Source: Chloroflexota bacterium (lineage in GTDB: Bacteria > Chloroflexota > UBA11872 > VXOZ01). Taken from it: 64,000 bases of DNA. Each line of letters opens with the position of its first letter. Positions within the stretch are counted from its first letter, which is position 1. Shown here piece after piece: positions 1-9,139 of the stretch. Both the position numbers and the translations under genes were made by a program. The notes below the pieces were generated by a model that ran no database searches, had not been told where the DNA came from, and saw only the letters and a program-made list of their open reading frames with translations. Where the stretch lies: the NCBI GenBank assembly GCA_963663275.1, contig OY760183.1, positions 2,400,001 through 2,464,000 on the forward strand. Reading direction: 5' to 3'.

Positions 1-438
1 GGGAAACGCACTCGTGCGGTCGTCCAGCCCCACGCGCTTGAGGAGCGACGCCGCGTGGTCTCTGCGTTTCGAGTCCACAGTTCCCTCTAGCTCCGCCGGC
101 AAGAGCACGTTTTCCCAAACGGTGAGCGTAGGAATGAGGTTGAACAACTGAAACACCATGCCGACGCGGCGGCGGCGAAAGCGGGTGCGGGCGGAATCGT
201 TGAGCGCGGTCACCTCATTGCCGTCGATGGCAATCGCGCCGCCGTCGGGCGTGTCGATGCCGCCAATCAGGTTGAGGAGGGTCGTCTTGCCGCTGCCGCT
301 GCTGCCCAGGATGGCGACGAATTCGCCGCGTTCGACCTCCAGGCTGATGTTGTCCAGTACAACGCGCCGCTGGCCTTGGTCGAAATAGGACTTGCTGACT
401 GCGCGGAGCGCGACGAAAGAGGGATGCTTGTTGCTCAT
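1..438 (-). CDS. ABC transporter ATP-binding protein, LolD/FtsE/MacB-type (truncated by window edge)
   Basis: Manual translation from ATG 438: MSNKHPSFVALRAVSKSY...Walker A GSSGSGKTT, Q-loop VFQLFNLIPTLTVWENV. Confidence 0.9.
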   Translation of the reverse strand, partial: MSNKHPSFVALRAVSKSYFDQGQRRVVLDNISLEVERGEFVAILGSSGSGKTTLLNLIGGIDTPDGGAIAIDGNEVTALNDSARTRFRRRRVGMVFQLFNLIPTLTVWENVLLPAELEGTVDSKRRDHAASLLKRVGLDDRTSAFP

Positions 439-541
439 TGCGCGCGACCAAGCGCTCCCTGCACGAGGGGAAAGATACACCCCCAACGGCGGCATTGGGC
501 GGTACCGATTACCCTCAGGCCGCGCCGGTTCTTGTCCTGGC

Positions 542-1153
542 TTACACATGCATCTTCGCGAGTTGCTTGCATGCCGTGGCTTCCGGGCCTTCTTCAAGGC
601 GCTGCCGAATGGTGTCAGCGCACTCCTGTGGACTCAATTGCGCGGTATCGACCTCAAGGTCATAGATGCCGGGGATATGGACTTCACGCTGCCAACGACG
701 GATGTGTTCGTCCAATCCACGCCTGGGGTTCCACGAATCTTGCCGCCGCTCGACAATAACGTCTACCCGACAGCGTACTCCCACAAAGAGCACGGGCAAG
801 CCAGTCAAGCGCCGCGCGCTATCGTAGAGGATGCCGCGCGGCGTTGAATACCCGTCGTGATGGCCGACGTCCACGACGACGTTCACGCCCAAGCGACTGT
901 GAGCCGCAATCGACTCGTACATGGCCGCATACAGCAGGGGAACGACCGGTTCGACGGTATCGGGCAGTTCTCCGCCCGGACGCAGACCGATCCCCGGACT
1001 GTAACGCTCCGACGTCATTCCCTTGAAACCGTCAACGCCAAGATTGATCCACACGCCTGGGAATGTGTCCAGGATTGCCTTGGCAATGCTCGACTTACCT
1101 GCTCGCGGCGCGCCGTTCAGAATGACAATCTGTCCCGGCGCGGCAGCCTTCAC
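542..1153 (-). CDS. Chloramphenicol phosphotransferase (CPT)-family P-loop kinase
   Basis: IVILNGAPRAGKSS P-loop, LGVD, GVNVVVD, FVGVRC, YDLEVDT motifs; GTG start at 1153 after GGAGG (track ORF extends to 1237). Confidence 0.85.
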   Translation of the reverse strand: MKAAAPGQIVILNGAPRAGKSSIAKAILDTFPGVWINLGVDGFKGMTSERYSPGIGLRPGGELPDTVEPVVPLLYAAMYESIAAHSRLGVNVVVDVGHHDGYSTPRGILYDSARRLTGLPVLFVGVRCRVDVIVERRQDSWNPRRGLDEHIRRWQREVHIPGIYDLEVDTAQLSPQECADTIRQRLEEGPEATACKQLAKMHV

Positions 1154-1267
1154 ACCGACCTCCGCTGTTACGAGAGACGAAAGCGCCTTGCCTCCCCATT
1201 GGAGAGCGGTCTGTCTGGCGGGTGAAGCTGCCGACAATCTGCTTCCAAGACGGTAGTCAGTAGCGTT

Positions 1268-1342
1268 TGGTACCCCCAGGGCGACTCGAACGCCCGCACC
1301 TGGCTCCGGAGGCCAGTGCTCTATCCACTGAGCTATGGGGGC
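1268..1342 (-). tRNA. tRNA-Arg(CCG)
   Basis: Cloverleaf on minus strand, anticodon arm CTGGC-CTCCGGA-GCCAG, GTTCGAGTC T-loop, encoded CCA. Confidence 0.95.
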
Positions 1343-1431
1343 TTGTCATCTTCTATGATACCAGACCGGCGCGCGGACACCATGCGGGAAAATACTTCGA
1401 CACTCACTCGAAGAGGATTGGGGCGAACGGT

Positions 1432-2907
1432 CTACGGCGAGAATGCCAGCTTGCCGGCTTCTTCGAGGGCGGTTTGCGCCCACTCCACGGCGCCGGCGGG
1501 ATAGATGCCGAGCACGAGCGTGCCAATAGCGCCAATCGCGATTACGACGCCGACGGCGGTGGAGGCGGGAACGGCCAGCAAGCGCGGTTGGCCCTCGACC
1601 ATGTACATGTTCACCACCACGCGCAGGTAGTAGTAGGCCGAGACCGTGCTGGTGAGCACCAGCACCACCGCCACCCAGGTCAAGCCGCCGTTCACGGCCA
1701 CTTGCAGAAGATACAGTTTGCCAAAGAACCCGGCCGCGGGCGGGATGCCGGTGAGCGAAATCATGAAGACGACCATGGCGACGGCCAGGAAAGGCGAGGT
1801 GCGGCCCAGGTTCTGGAAGTTCTCCATCTCCGTGCCGCCGGTGCGCCGTTCAACCGCGAAAGTCACGGCGAACGCGCCGAGCGTCATCAGGGCGTACACC
1901 ACGGCGTAGAACATCACCGCGGCCACGGCGTCCCGCATGAGGCTTCCCGCCTCCGATTGCGCGTGCACCACCGCGACGCCGACCAGCATGTAGCCGGTGT
2001 GGGCGATGGAGGAGTAGGCCAGCAGGCGCTTCACGTCCCGCTGCCAGATGGCGACGAAGTTGCCCACGATCATACTGGCGACGGCGATGGCCACTACCAC
2101 CGGAACGACCATGTCCTGCCAGGGTTCGAGCCCGTGCACGACTACGCGCAGAAGTCCCGCCATCGCGCCCATCTTGGCCCCGGCCGCCAGGAAGGCCGTG
2201 GAGGGCGTGGGCGCGCCCTGGTAGGCGTCCGGCGTCCACATGTGGAACGGCACCGCCGCCACCTTGAACGCCAGGCCGACCAGCAGCAGGCCGAGACCCA
2301 GCAGGAACCACGGATCGGTAGCGCCTTGAGTCTGCACGTACAACGCCATGTTGGCAAGGTTCGTGGTGCCGGTGAGGCCGAAGAGCCAGGCAATGCCGTA
2401 GAGCAGGACGCCGGAGGCGAACGCGCCCAAGAGGAAGTACTTCAGCGCGCCTTCCGTGGCGCGGAACCGGTCGCGCTTGATGGCAACGAGCACGTAGACG
2501 GGGATGGACGTGAGTTCAACGCCGAGGTAGAGCGTAATCAGGTCGCCGGTCGCGCCGAGCAGGAGCATGCCGACCGTGGCGAACAGGATGAGCGCCGCCA
2601 GTTCGGCAAAGGGAATCTCCCGCGCCTGGGCGTAGGCGAGCACAATGCTCAATGCGGCAATGGCGATGAAGAGCGCCTTGAAGAACACCGCGTAGCCGTC
2701 CGTCAGCACCAACCCGCCAAAGGCCGTCCCGCCATCGGCGCGGACGACGACACTGACGGCAATGGCGGCAATGCTGCCAACCACGACCAGAGCCAGCAGG
2801 CCGCGATGCGTGCGCCGGCCGCCAAAGGCGTCTACCATGAGCACGCAGGCGGCGACCAGCGTGATTATGATCTCCGGCAGTATGCTGATAAGGTCTTCGG
2901 TTTGCAC
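1432..2907 (-). CDS. nuoN: NADH-quinone oxidoreductase subunit N
   Basis: EGALKYF, FKVAAVPFHMWTPDAYQGAP, KRLLAYSSIAH, GIPPAAGFFGK. Confidence 0.96.
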   Translation of the reverse strand: MQTEDLISILPEIIITLVAACVLMVDAFGGRRTHRGLLALVVVGSIAAIAVSVVVRADGGTAFGGLVLTDGYAVFFKALFIAIAALSIVLAYAQAREIPFAELAALILFATVGMLLLGATGDLITLYLGVELTSIPVYVLVAIKRDRFRATEGALKYFLLGAFASGVLLYGIAWLFGLTGTTNLANMALYVQTQGATDPWFLLGLGLLLVGLAFKVAAVPFHMWTPDAYQGAPTPSTAFLAAGAKMGAMAGLLRVVVHGLEPWQDMVVPVVVAIAVASMIVGNFVAIWQRDVKRLLAYSSIAHTGYMLVGVAVVHAQSEAGSLMRDAVAAVMFYAVVYALMTLGAFAVTFAVERRTGGTEMENFQNLGRTSPFLAVAMVVFMISLTGIPPAAGFFGKLYLLQVAVNGGLTWVAVVLVLTSTVSAYYYLRVVVNMYMVEGQPRLLAVPASTAVGVVIAIGAIGTLVLGIYPAGAVEWAQTALEEAGKLAFSP

Positions 2908-2974
2908 TCGCTATGTCCTCACTCTTGCCGCAAATACGTTCCACCGACCACGAACAACCGTCGCCATTCGCCAA

Positions 2975-3240
2975 CACCGTAGCGCAGGGGCTTGTCCCCC
3001 GCATTTTCCACCCCGGCGGGGCACAAGGCCCCGCGCTACGCCGAGGCGGGGCGCATGGCCCCTCGCTACGTCTGGGCGGGGCACTAACTGCCGCGCACTC
3101 GTATCACCGTACACGAACACCCGTAGCGCGGGGGCTTGTCCCCCGCATCTTCCACCCCCGGCGGGGCACAAGGCCCCGCGCTACGCCTCGACGGGACACA
3201 GGCCCCGCGTCTGGACAGGACACAAGGCCCCGCGTTACGT
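2975..3240. repeat. Cluster of GTAG-REP family A elements (two REPIN-like inverted pairs plus degenerate copies) between nuoM and nuoN
   Basis: CGTAGCGC(A/G)GGGGCTTGTCCCCCGC at 2978 and 3122, each followed by inverted GCGGGGCACAAGGCCCCGCGCTACG. Confidence 0.85.
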
Positions 3241-3257
3241 TGGACCGGCGCGGGCGG

Positions 3258-4760
3258 CTATTCCGCCGGCGCGCCCGCCACTTCGGCTTCCACTATTGCT
3301 TGCACGATGCCGCTGGTGTCGGCGCTGAAGAGTTCGATGAAGGTCTGCGGTTCCACGCCCGCCCAGACCACCACGGCGGCCAGCGCCACCAGCACCGCCG
3401 TTTCCAGTCTTGTGAGATCCCCCAGCCGGCGATGGGCCTCTTTCAATGACCCAAGCATAACCCGCCAGTACATCCAAAGCATATACGCCGCCGAAAGGAT
3501 GATGCCAAAGACCGCCAGCACGCCAAAGATGCGCGTTCCCGCCATGAACGCCCCGAGCAGCACCATGAACTCGCCGACGAAACCCGACAGGCCCGGCAAG
3601 CCAATCGAGGCCAGCGAGAAGAAGAGGAACAGCGCGGCAAAGACCGGCCAGCGATGCGCCAGCCCGCCCAGATTGGCAATCAGCCGGTCGTGGGTGCGCT
3701 CGTAGAGTTGGCCGACGCAGAGGAAGAGCGCGCCGGTCACCAGGCCGTGGCTGAACATCTGCATGATGGCGCCGTCGAGTCCCTGCTGGGTAAAGGAGAA
3801 GATTCCCAACGTCACGAACCCCATGTGGCTGACGGAGGAATAGGCGATGAGTTTCTTCAGGTCCGTCTGCATCAGGGCAACCAACGCGCCGTAGATGATT
3901 GCGACCACGGAGAGCACCAGGATGGCAGTCTGCGCCAACTGGCTGGCGTCGGGAAGAAGCGGCAGACTAAAGCGAATGAAGCCGTAACCGCCCATCTTCA
4001 GCAAGATGCCGGCCAGAATCACGCTGCCGGTAGTGGGGGCTTCCACGTGGGCGTCCGGCAGCCACGTGTGGAAGGGCACCATCGGCACCTTGATGGCAAA
4101 CGCCAGGAAGAAGGCGAGGAAGGCCCAGAGTTGGAAGCGCTCGCCATAGGTTCCCTGGGTCAATTCCAGAATGTCGAACGTGTAGACGCCCGTGGTATTG
4201 CCATGCACGAAATAGAGCGCCAGGATTGCCACCAGCATGAGCAGGCTGCCAAAGAGCGTATAGAGCACGAACTTGACCGTGGCGTACACCCGGCGCTCGC
4301 CGCCCCACACGCCAATCAGCACGTACATGGGAATGAGCATGATTTCCCAGAAGACGTAGAACAATACGAAATCCAGCGCCATGAAGACGCCCGTAATGCC
4401 CACTTCCAACAAGAGCATGGTGAAGAGGTACTCTTTCACGCGCTCGCGCACGGACGCCCAGGCATAGACGATGCACAGGAAGAAGAGAAACGTGTTGAGG
4501 AGCACCATCAGCAGGCTGATGCCGTCCAAGCCAAGTGCGTACTTGATACCCAGCGACGGCAACCAATCGAACGATTCCCGATACTGCATCCCCGCTCCGG
4601 GTTCGAATCCGGCCCACACCGCCACGCTCAGCACGAGCGACAGGAGCGTTCCCGCAACCGCCGCGGCGAACATGGCGCGGCGGTCGGAGAGAAACAGCAC
4701 GATTACGGCCGCGAGGAGCGGCAACCAGAGCACAAGGGAAAGAATGGGGAATGACTCCAC
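3258..4760 (-). CDS. nuoM: NADH-quinone oxidoreductase subunit M
   Basis: FYVFWE, IKVPMVPFHTWLPDAHVEAP, LKKLIAYSSVSHMG, GLPGLSGFVGE. Confidence 0.96.
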   Translation of the reverse strand: MESFPILSLVLWLPLLAAVIVLFLSDRRAMFAAAVAGTLLSLVLSVAVWAGFEPGAGMQYRESFDWLPSLGIKYALGLDGISLLMVLLNTFLFFLCIVYAWASVRERVKEYLFTMLLLEVGITGVFMALDFVLFYVFWEIMLIPMYVLIGVWGGERRVYATVKFVLYTLFGSLLMLVAILALYFVHGNTTGVYTFDILELTQGTYGERFQLWAFLAFFLAFAIKVPMVPFHTWLPDAHVEAPTTGSVILAGILLKMGGYGFIRFSLPLLPDASQLAQTAILVLSVVAIIYGALVALMQTDLKKLIAYSSVSHMGFVTLGIFSFTQQGLDGAIMQMFSHGLVTGALFLCVGQLYERTHDRLIANLGGLAHRWPVFAALFLFFSLASIGLPGLSGFVGEFMVLLGAFMAGTRIFGVLAVFGIILSAAYMLWMYWRVMLGSLKEAHRRLGDLTRLETAVLVALAAVVVWAGVEPQTFIELFSADTSGIVQAIVEAEVAGAPAE

Positions 4761-4770
4761 TGGGTCTACC

Positions 4771-6678
4771 TCAACGCATCATGAAGATGTAGAAAGCCAG
4801 CACGAGGGCCGTGCCCAGCACGACGCTAAAGGCATAGTTCTCCAACCGTCCAGTCTGCATGCGGCGGAGACCGCCGCCAACGCCGTTGACAACCAATCCG
4901 ATGAGATTCACCACGCCGTCCACGACGTTCAGGTCGAACCAGGCAAAGAGCCAGCCCACGGCGCGCGTGCCTCCCGCCAGGACGGTGTCGTAGAAGTCGT
5001 CCAGGTAGTACTTGTGCACCAAGAGCGCGTGCAGGGGCCGCGCCCTGCCGGCAACCGCCGCGGGCGAGGGCGCACCACGCATGTACATATTGTAGGCGAT
5101 GAGAATGCCCAGAAGCGCAATCAGGGTGGACACAGCCATCAACGTGAGCACGAAGGCAGTGGACGGCTTGTGAATCAGACCGGCGTACTCCGCCGCCAGG
5201 AACGTATCGTGCAGGTAGTTGTGGATGAGGCCGTGCTCCGGCGGCACGCCGACGAAGCCCGCGAACAACGCGCCTACCGCCAGCACCATGAGGGGCACGG
5301 TCATCGTGCGCGGCGACTCGTGCACGTGCGCGAACCGCTCGGACTCCATGCGGGTCTTGCCAAAGAAGGTAAGGAAGATCATGCGGAAGGTGTAAACCGC
5401 GGTGAGCAGCGACGCCAGCGCGCCGAGGGCATAGAGCAGATAGCCGGCTCCGCCGGCGAGCAGCGCCGCCCCAAGCAACTCATCCTTGCTCCAGAAGCCC
5501 GCCAGCGGAATGATGCCGCTCAGCGCCAGGCCGCCGATGACGTACGTCGCGCCGGTGACGGGCATCTTGCCGAAGAGGCCGCCCATGCGCTGCATGTCCT
5601 GCTCCTCGTCCGTGCCGTGAATCACCGAGCCGGAGCCCAGAAAGAGGAGGCCTTTGAAGAAGGCGTGGGTGGCCAGGTGGAAGATAGCCGCCGCAAACGC
5701 CCCCACTCCCAATGCCATGAACATGAGCCCAAGCTGGCTCACGGTAGAGTAGGCGAGAACGCGTTTGATGTCGTTCTGCGCCAGCCCGATCGTAGCCGCA
5801 AACAGGGCGGTGAACGCGCCGACGATTGCCACCACCGTCATCGCGCTGGGCGTGAGCACGTAGAGCGGATTGAAGCGGGCCACCATGTAGACGCCCGCCG
5901 TCACCATCGTGGCCGCGTGGATCAGGGCGCTCACCGGCGTCGGGCCTTCCATGGCGTCGGGCAGCCAGACGTGCAGGGGAAACTGCGCCGACTTGCCCAT
6001 TGCGCCAACGAAGAGCATCAGACAAATGAGCGTGAGCATGCCCGGCTTCGTTGCCGCTACGGTCGGGGCCTGCGCGAAGATTTCATCGTAATTCAATGAG
6101 CCGAAGACGTACCACGCCAACAAGAGGCCGATCAAGAAACCGACGTCGCCGATGCGGTTCGTCAAGAAGGCTTTGATGGCGGCCGCGGACGCTGACTGCC
6201 GCTCGAACCAGAAGCCAATCAGCAGGTACGAACATAAGCCGACCGCTTCCCAGAAGACGAACAGCACCAGCAGGTTGTTCGCCATCACCAGCATGATCAT
6301 GGCAAAGACGAAGAGCGGCAGGTACGTGAAGAAGCGCCAGAAACCGGGGTCGCGGTCCATGTACCCGATTGAGTAGACGTGCACCATGAACGAGACGCTG
6401 GTGACCACCAGCAGCATGACCAGCGTCAGGGCGTCCACTCGCAGCGCCACGTCCAGCGCAAAGTCGCCGGATACGGCCCACGTCCAGAGGTAAACCGCCT
6501 CCGGCTCCGCGTGGCCTGACTGTGAGAAGAAGAGGGCCACGCTGACGACAAGCGCGCCCAGCACGCCGGCGTTCGCCACCAGGCCGGTGCGTTTCTTCAG
6601 ATAGGCGCGTCCAAAGAGGCCGTTGATCACGAAAGCGACGAACGGCAGCAGTGGAATCAGCCAGGCAACCTGGGCCAT
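4771..6678 (-). CDS. nuoL: NADH-quinone oxidoreductase subunit L
   Basis: GKSAQFPLHVWLPDAMEGPTPVSALIHAATMV, THAFFKGLLFL. Confidence 0.97.
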   Translation of the reverse strand: MAQVAWLIPLLPFVAFVINGLFGRAYLKKRTGLVANAGVLGALVVSVALFFSQSGHAEPEAVYLWTWAVSGDFALDVALRVDALTLVMLLVVTSVSFMVHVYSIGYMDRDPGFWRFFTYLPLFVFAMIMLVMANNLLVLFVFWEAVGLCSYLLIGFWFERQSASAAAIKAFLTNRIGDVGFLIGLLLAWYVFGSLNYDEIFAQAPTVAATKPGMLTLICLMLFVGAMGKSAQFPLHVWLPDAMEGPTPVSALIHAATMVTAGVYMVARFNPLYVLTPSAMTVVAIVGAFTALFAATIGLAQNDIKRVLAYSTVSQLGLMFMALGVGAFAAAIFHLATHAFFKGLLFLGSGSVIHGTDEEQDMQRMGGLFGKMPVTGATYVIGGLALSGIIPLAGFWSKDELLGAALLAGGAGYLLYALGALASLLTAVYTFRMIFLTFFGKTRMESERFAHVHESPRTMTVPLMVLAVGALFAGFVGVPPEHGLIHNYLHDTFLAAEYAGLIHKPSTAFVLTLMAVSTLIALLGILIAYNMYMRGAPSPAAVAGRARPLHALLVHKYYLDDFYDTVLAGGTRAVGWLFAWFDLNVVDGVVNLIGLVVNGVGGGLRRMQTGRLENYAFSVVLGTALVLAFYIFMMR

Positions 6679-6693
6679 GAGCGCGGTTCTTCC

Positions 6694-7002
6694 TTAACCC
6701 TTGAGTGTGTCGATTTCATCGACGTTGAGCGTATCCCGGTGGCGCGCAAGCGCCACGATGATGGCAAGCCCGACCGCGGCCTCCGCCGCCGCCACCGTCA
6801 ACGAGAATATGACGAAGGCTTGCCCCAACATATTGTTCAAGGCCACGGCGAAACCCACGAAAGTGACGTTCGCGCCGAGCAAGATCAGTTCAATTGACAT
6901 AAACACAACAAGCAAGTTGCGCCGCACCAGCACACCGAGCAGCCCGATGATGAAGAGCGCCGCGCCCAGCACCAAGTAGTATTCCAAGGCCGGGATGATC
7001 AT
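6694..7002 (-). CDS. nuoK: NADH-quinone oxidoreductase subunit K
   Basis: MIIPALEYY...RRNLLVVFMSIELIL...VAAAEAAVGLAI; C-terminal 102 aa of track ORF 6694..7593. Confidence 0.93.
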   Translation of the reverse strand: MIIPALEYYLVLGAALFIIGLLGVLVRRNLLVVFMSIELILLGANVTFVGFAVALNNMLGQAFVIFSLTVAAAEAAVGLAIIVALARHRDTLNVDEIDTLKG

Positions 7003-7010
7003 CGTTCCGG

Positions 7011-7643
7011 TCACGCTCCCTGGCGCGGCTTGGCCGGCGTCTGCTCGCTTCGTTTCGCCTTGGCGTACCGTTCCGCCATCCACTCGCCGACACCCATCTG
7101 CGAGGACGAGCGCGGCCGCCGCGGCCTCTGCCGCGCCAGGACGATCGCGCCGACGACGGCGGCCGTCAGCAGGACCGAGGCGACTTCGAAAGGCAGCAGG
7201 TAGTCGCGGAAGAGCACCTGGCCGAGCGCCTGCACGTTGCCCCCCTGTCCCGCGACCCACGCGGGACTGTGCGGCCCTTGCGCGCCCACCGTGATGGCGG
7301 CGCCGGTCAGGACGATGAACTCGATCGCCAGCAGGACGCCGATGACAACCGCCAGCGGCGCTTGCACGTGGAACTGCCGCGCGCGTTCCACCACGTTGAG
7401 GTTCAGGAGCATCATGGTGAAGAGGAAGAGCACGATAATTGCGCCGGCGTAGATGATGATGTGCGCCACCGCGAGAAACTCGGCGCGCAGCAGGATGAAG
7501 ATCCCGGCCAAATGGAAGACCACGCCCACCAGCGCGAGCGCGCACTGCACCGGATTGCGCAGCATGATGACAAGCACGCCGAATACCACGCACGCCAGCG
7601 CGAGATAGGCAAAGATCAGCGTGAGCACGGTCTCGCTAGTCAA
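7011..7643 (-). CDS. nuoJ: NADH-quinone oxidoreductase subunit J
   Basis: RNPVQCAL, AEFLA, IYAGAIIVLFLF, YLLPFEVASVLL. Confidence 0.93.
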   Translation of the reverse strand: MTSETVLTLIFAYLALACVVFGVLVIMLRNPVQCALALVGVVFHLAGIFILLRAEFLAVAHIIIYAGAIIVLFLFTMMLLNLNVVERARQFHVQAPLAVVIGVLLAIEFIVLTGAAITVGAQGPHSPAWVAGQGGNVQALGQVLFRDYLLPFEVASVLLTAAVVGAIVLARQRPRRPRSSSQMGVGEWMAERYAKAKRSEQTPAKPRQGA

Positions 7644-8094
7644 GCGTCGCGACCTCCTTGCCCTGCTTGTCCACCAGGTCCATCAGGCGGTCGACGTCGT
7701 AGATGAGGGTGCTGCGGTCGTCGGTGGAAAAGTCATACGCGTTGGTCATCTCCAGCGCCTCCACCGGACAAGCCTCAACGCACAGCGAACAGAAGAGGCA
7801 GCGTCCCACGTCCAGCGTATACGACGTGACGACCTTCTCCGTCGGCTGCGCGGGATTCGACTCCGTGGTGATGGTAATGCATTCATTCGGGCAGGCGGTC
7901 TCGCAGAGGCCGCAGCCCACGCACTTCGGCCGGCCGTCCGGCCTGCGCCTCATGCCGACCGCGCCGCGATAGATCGCCGAGAGCGGCCGCTTCTCTTCCG
8001 GGTAGCGTATGGTCACCGGCCGGCGAAAGAACTCGCGGAGGGTAACGCTCAGACCCCTCGCGATCGGCGCCAGCGAACCGAACCGAAAACCCAT
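7636..8094 (-). CDS. nuoI: NADH-quinone oxidoreductase subunit I
   Basis: TIRYPEEK; two CxxCxxCxxxCP ferredoxin motifs. Confidence 0.95.
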   Translation of the reverse strand: MGFRFGSLAPIARGLSVTLREFFRRPVTIRYPEEKRPLSAIYRGAVGMRRRPDGRPKCVGCGLCETACPNECITITTESNPAQPTEKVVTSYTLDVGRCLFCSLCVEACPVEALEMTNAYDFSTDDRSTLIYDVDRLMDLVDKQGKEVATLD

Positions 8095-8119
8095 GGCTTC
8101 TCCTTTCCCGGTTGATCCC

Positions 8120-9139
8120 TTAGGCGTAAAGCGTCAACTTGAGTACGGTTGCTACGGCAAGATTCAGCAGACCCAGTGGCAGGAGTACTTTCCAGCAGAA
8201 GTTCATCATTTGGTCGTAGCGAAAGCGCGGCAGCGTGGCGCGCAGCCAAAAGTAGAAGAAGAGGAAGAGAAAGACCTTGGACACCATGAAGAAGAGCGCC
8301 AGCAGCGTCGCCGGAAGATGGCCGATGTACGGCTCCAGGAACTGCGCCGGCCAGCCGCCGCCCAGGAACACGGCGGCCACCAGGAACGATACCAGCACCA
8401 TGTTGGCGTACTCGGACAAGAAGAAGAAGGCGAAACGCCAGCCGGAATACTCGACGTGATAGCCGGAAACTAGCTCGGTTTCCGCTTCCGGCAGGTCGAA
8501 GGGCGCGCGGTTGGTCTCGGCCAGCGCGGCGCAGACGAAGACGAACGCGCCGATTATCAACGGTATGGCGTAGGGCACCTGCTGTTGCCGCACGATTTCG
8601 GGCAGCGAGAGCGAACCCGCCAGCACCACCACGCCCACCAGCGCTAGGCCGAGCATGATTTCGTAGCTGATCATCTGCGCGCTCGACCGCAGGCTGCCCA
8701 GCAAGGCGTACTTGCTGTTGGAGGCCCAGCCGGCCATGACGATGCCGTAGACCGCGACGGACGTGAGCGCCACGATGTAGAGCACACCCACGTTGAGGTC
8801 GGTGGGGTAGAGTCCGATGGTGCGTCCGAAGATCGTGACTTCCGTGCCAATCGGCACCACGGACCAGGCCATGAACGACGGCACCAGCAACAAGAACGGC
8901 GCGAGCACGAAGAGGACGCGGTCCGCGCCGGCCGGGATCATGTCTTCTTTGCCCAAGAGCTTGACCGCGTCGGCGAGGGTTTGAAATACGCCGAACGGGC
9001 CGACGCGGTTGGGGCCCAGGCGCGACTGGATGCGGCCCAGCAGGCGGCGCTCTGCCCAAATTAACGGCGGCACGGCCAGCAGGGGAATCGCAAAGGCGAT
9101 AGCGGACTTGATGATGACGGTGATGACGAGCTCGGTCAT
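8120..9139 (-). CDS. nuoH: NADH-quinone oxidoreductase subunit H
   Basis: ERR..IQSRLGPNRVGP, ETNRAPFDLPEAETELVSGY, RATLPRFRYDQ. Confidence 0.97.
   Translation of the reverse strand: MTELVITVIIKSAIAFAIPLLAVPPLIWAERRLLGRIQSRLGPNRVGPFGVFQTLADAVKLLGKEDMIPAGADRVLFVLAPFLLLVPSFMAWSVVPIGTEVTIFGRTIGLYPTDLNVGVLYIVALTSVAVYGIVMAGWASNSKYALLGSLRSSAQMISYEIMLGLALVGVVVLAGSLSLPEIVRQQQVPYAIPLIIGAFVFVCAALAETNRAPFDLPEAETELVSGYHVEYSGWRFAFFFLSEYANMVLVSFLVAAVFLGGGWPAQFLEPYIGHLPATLLALFFMVSKVFLFLFFYFWLRATLPRFRYDQMMNFCWKVLLPLGLLNLAVATVLKLTLYA

Noticed and set aside
1267-2982. 571-aa plus-strand ORF and many other long antisense ORFs (e.g. 9274..11910, 40612..42399)
   Set aside because: They shadow well-supported genes or the tRNA on the opposite strand, as expected with high GC3; no recognisable motifs.
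6694-7593. 299-aa ORF as an extended or fused NuoK
   Set aside because: The upstream part overlaps nuoJ in another frame; only the last 102 aa are NuoK.
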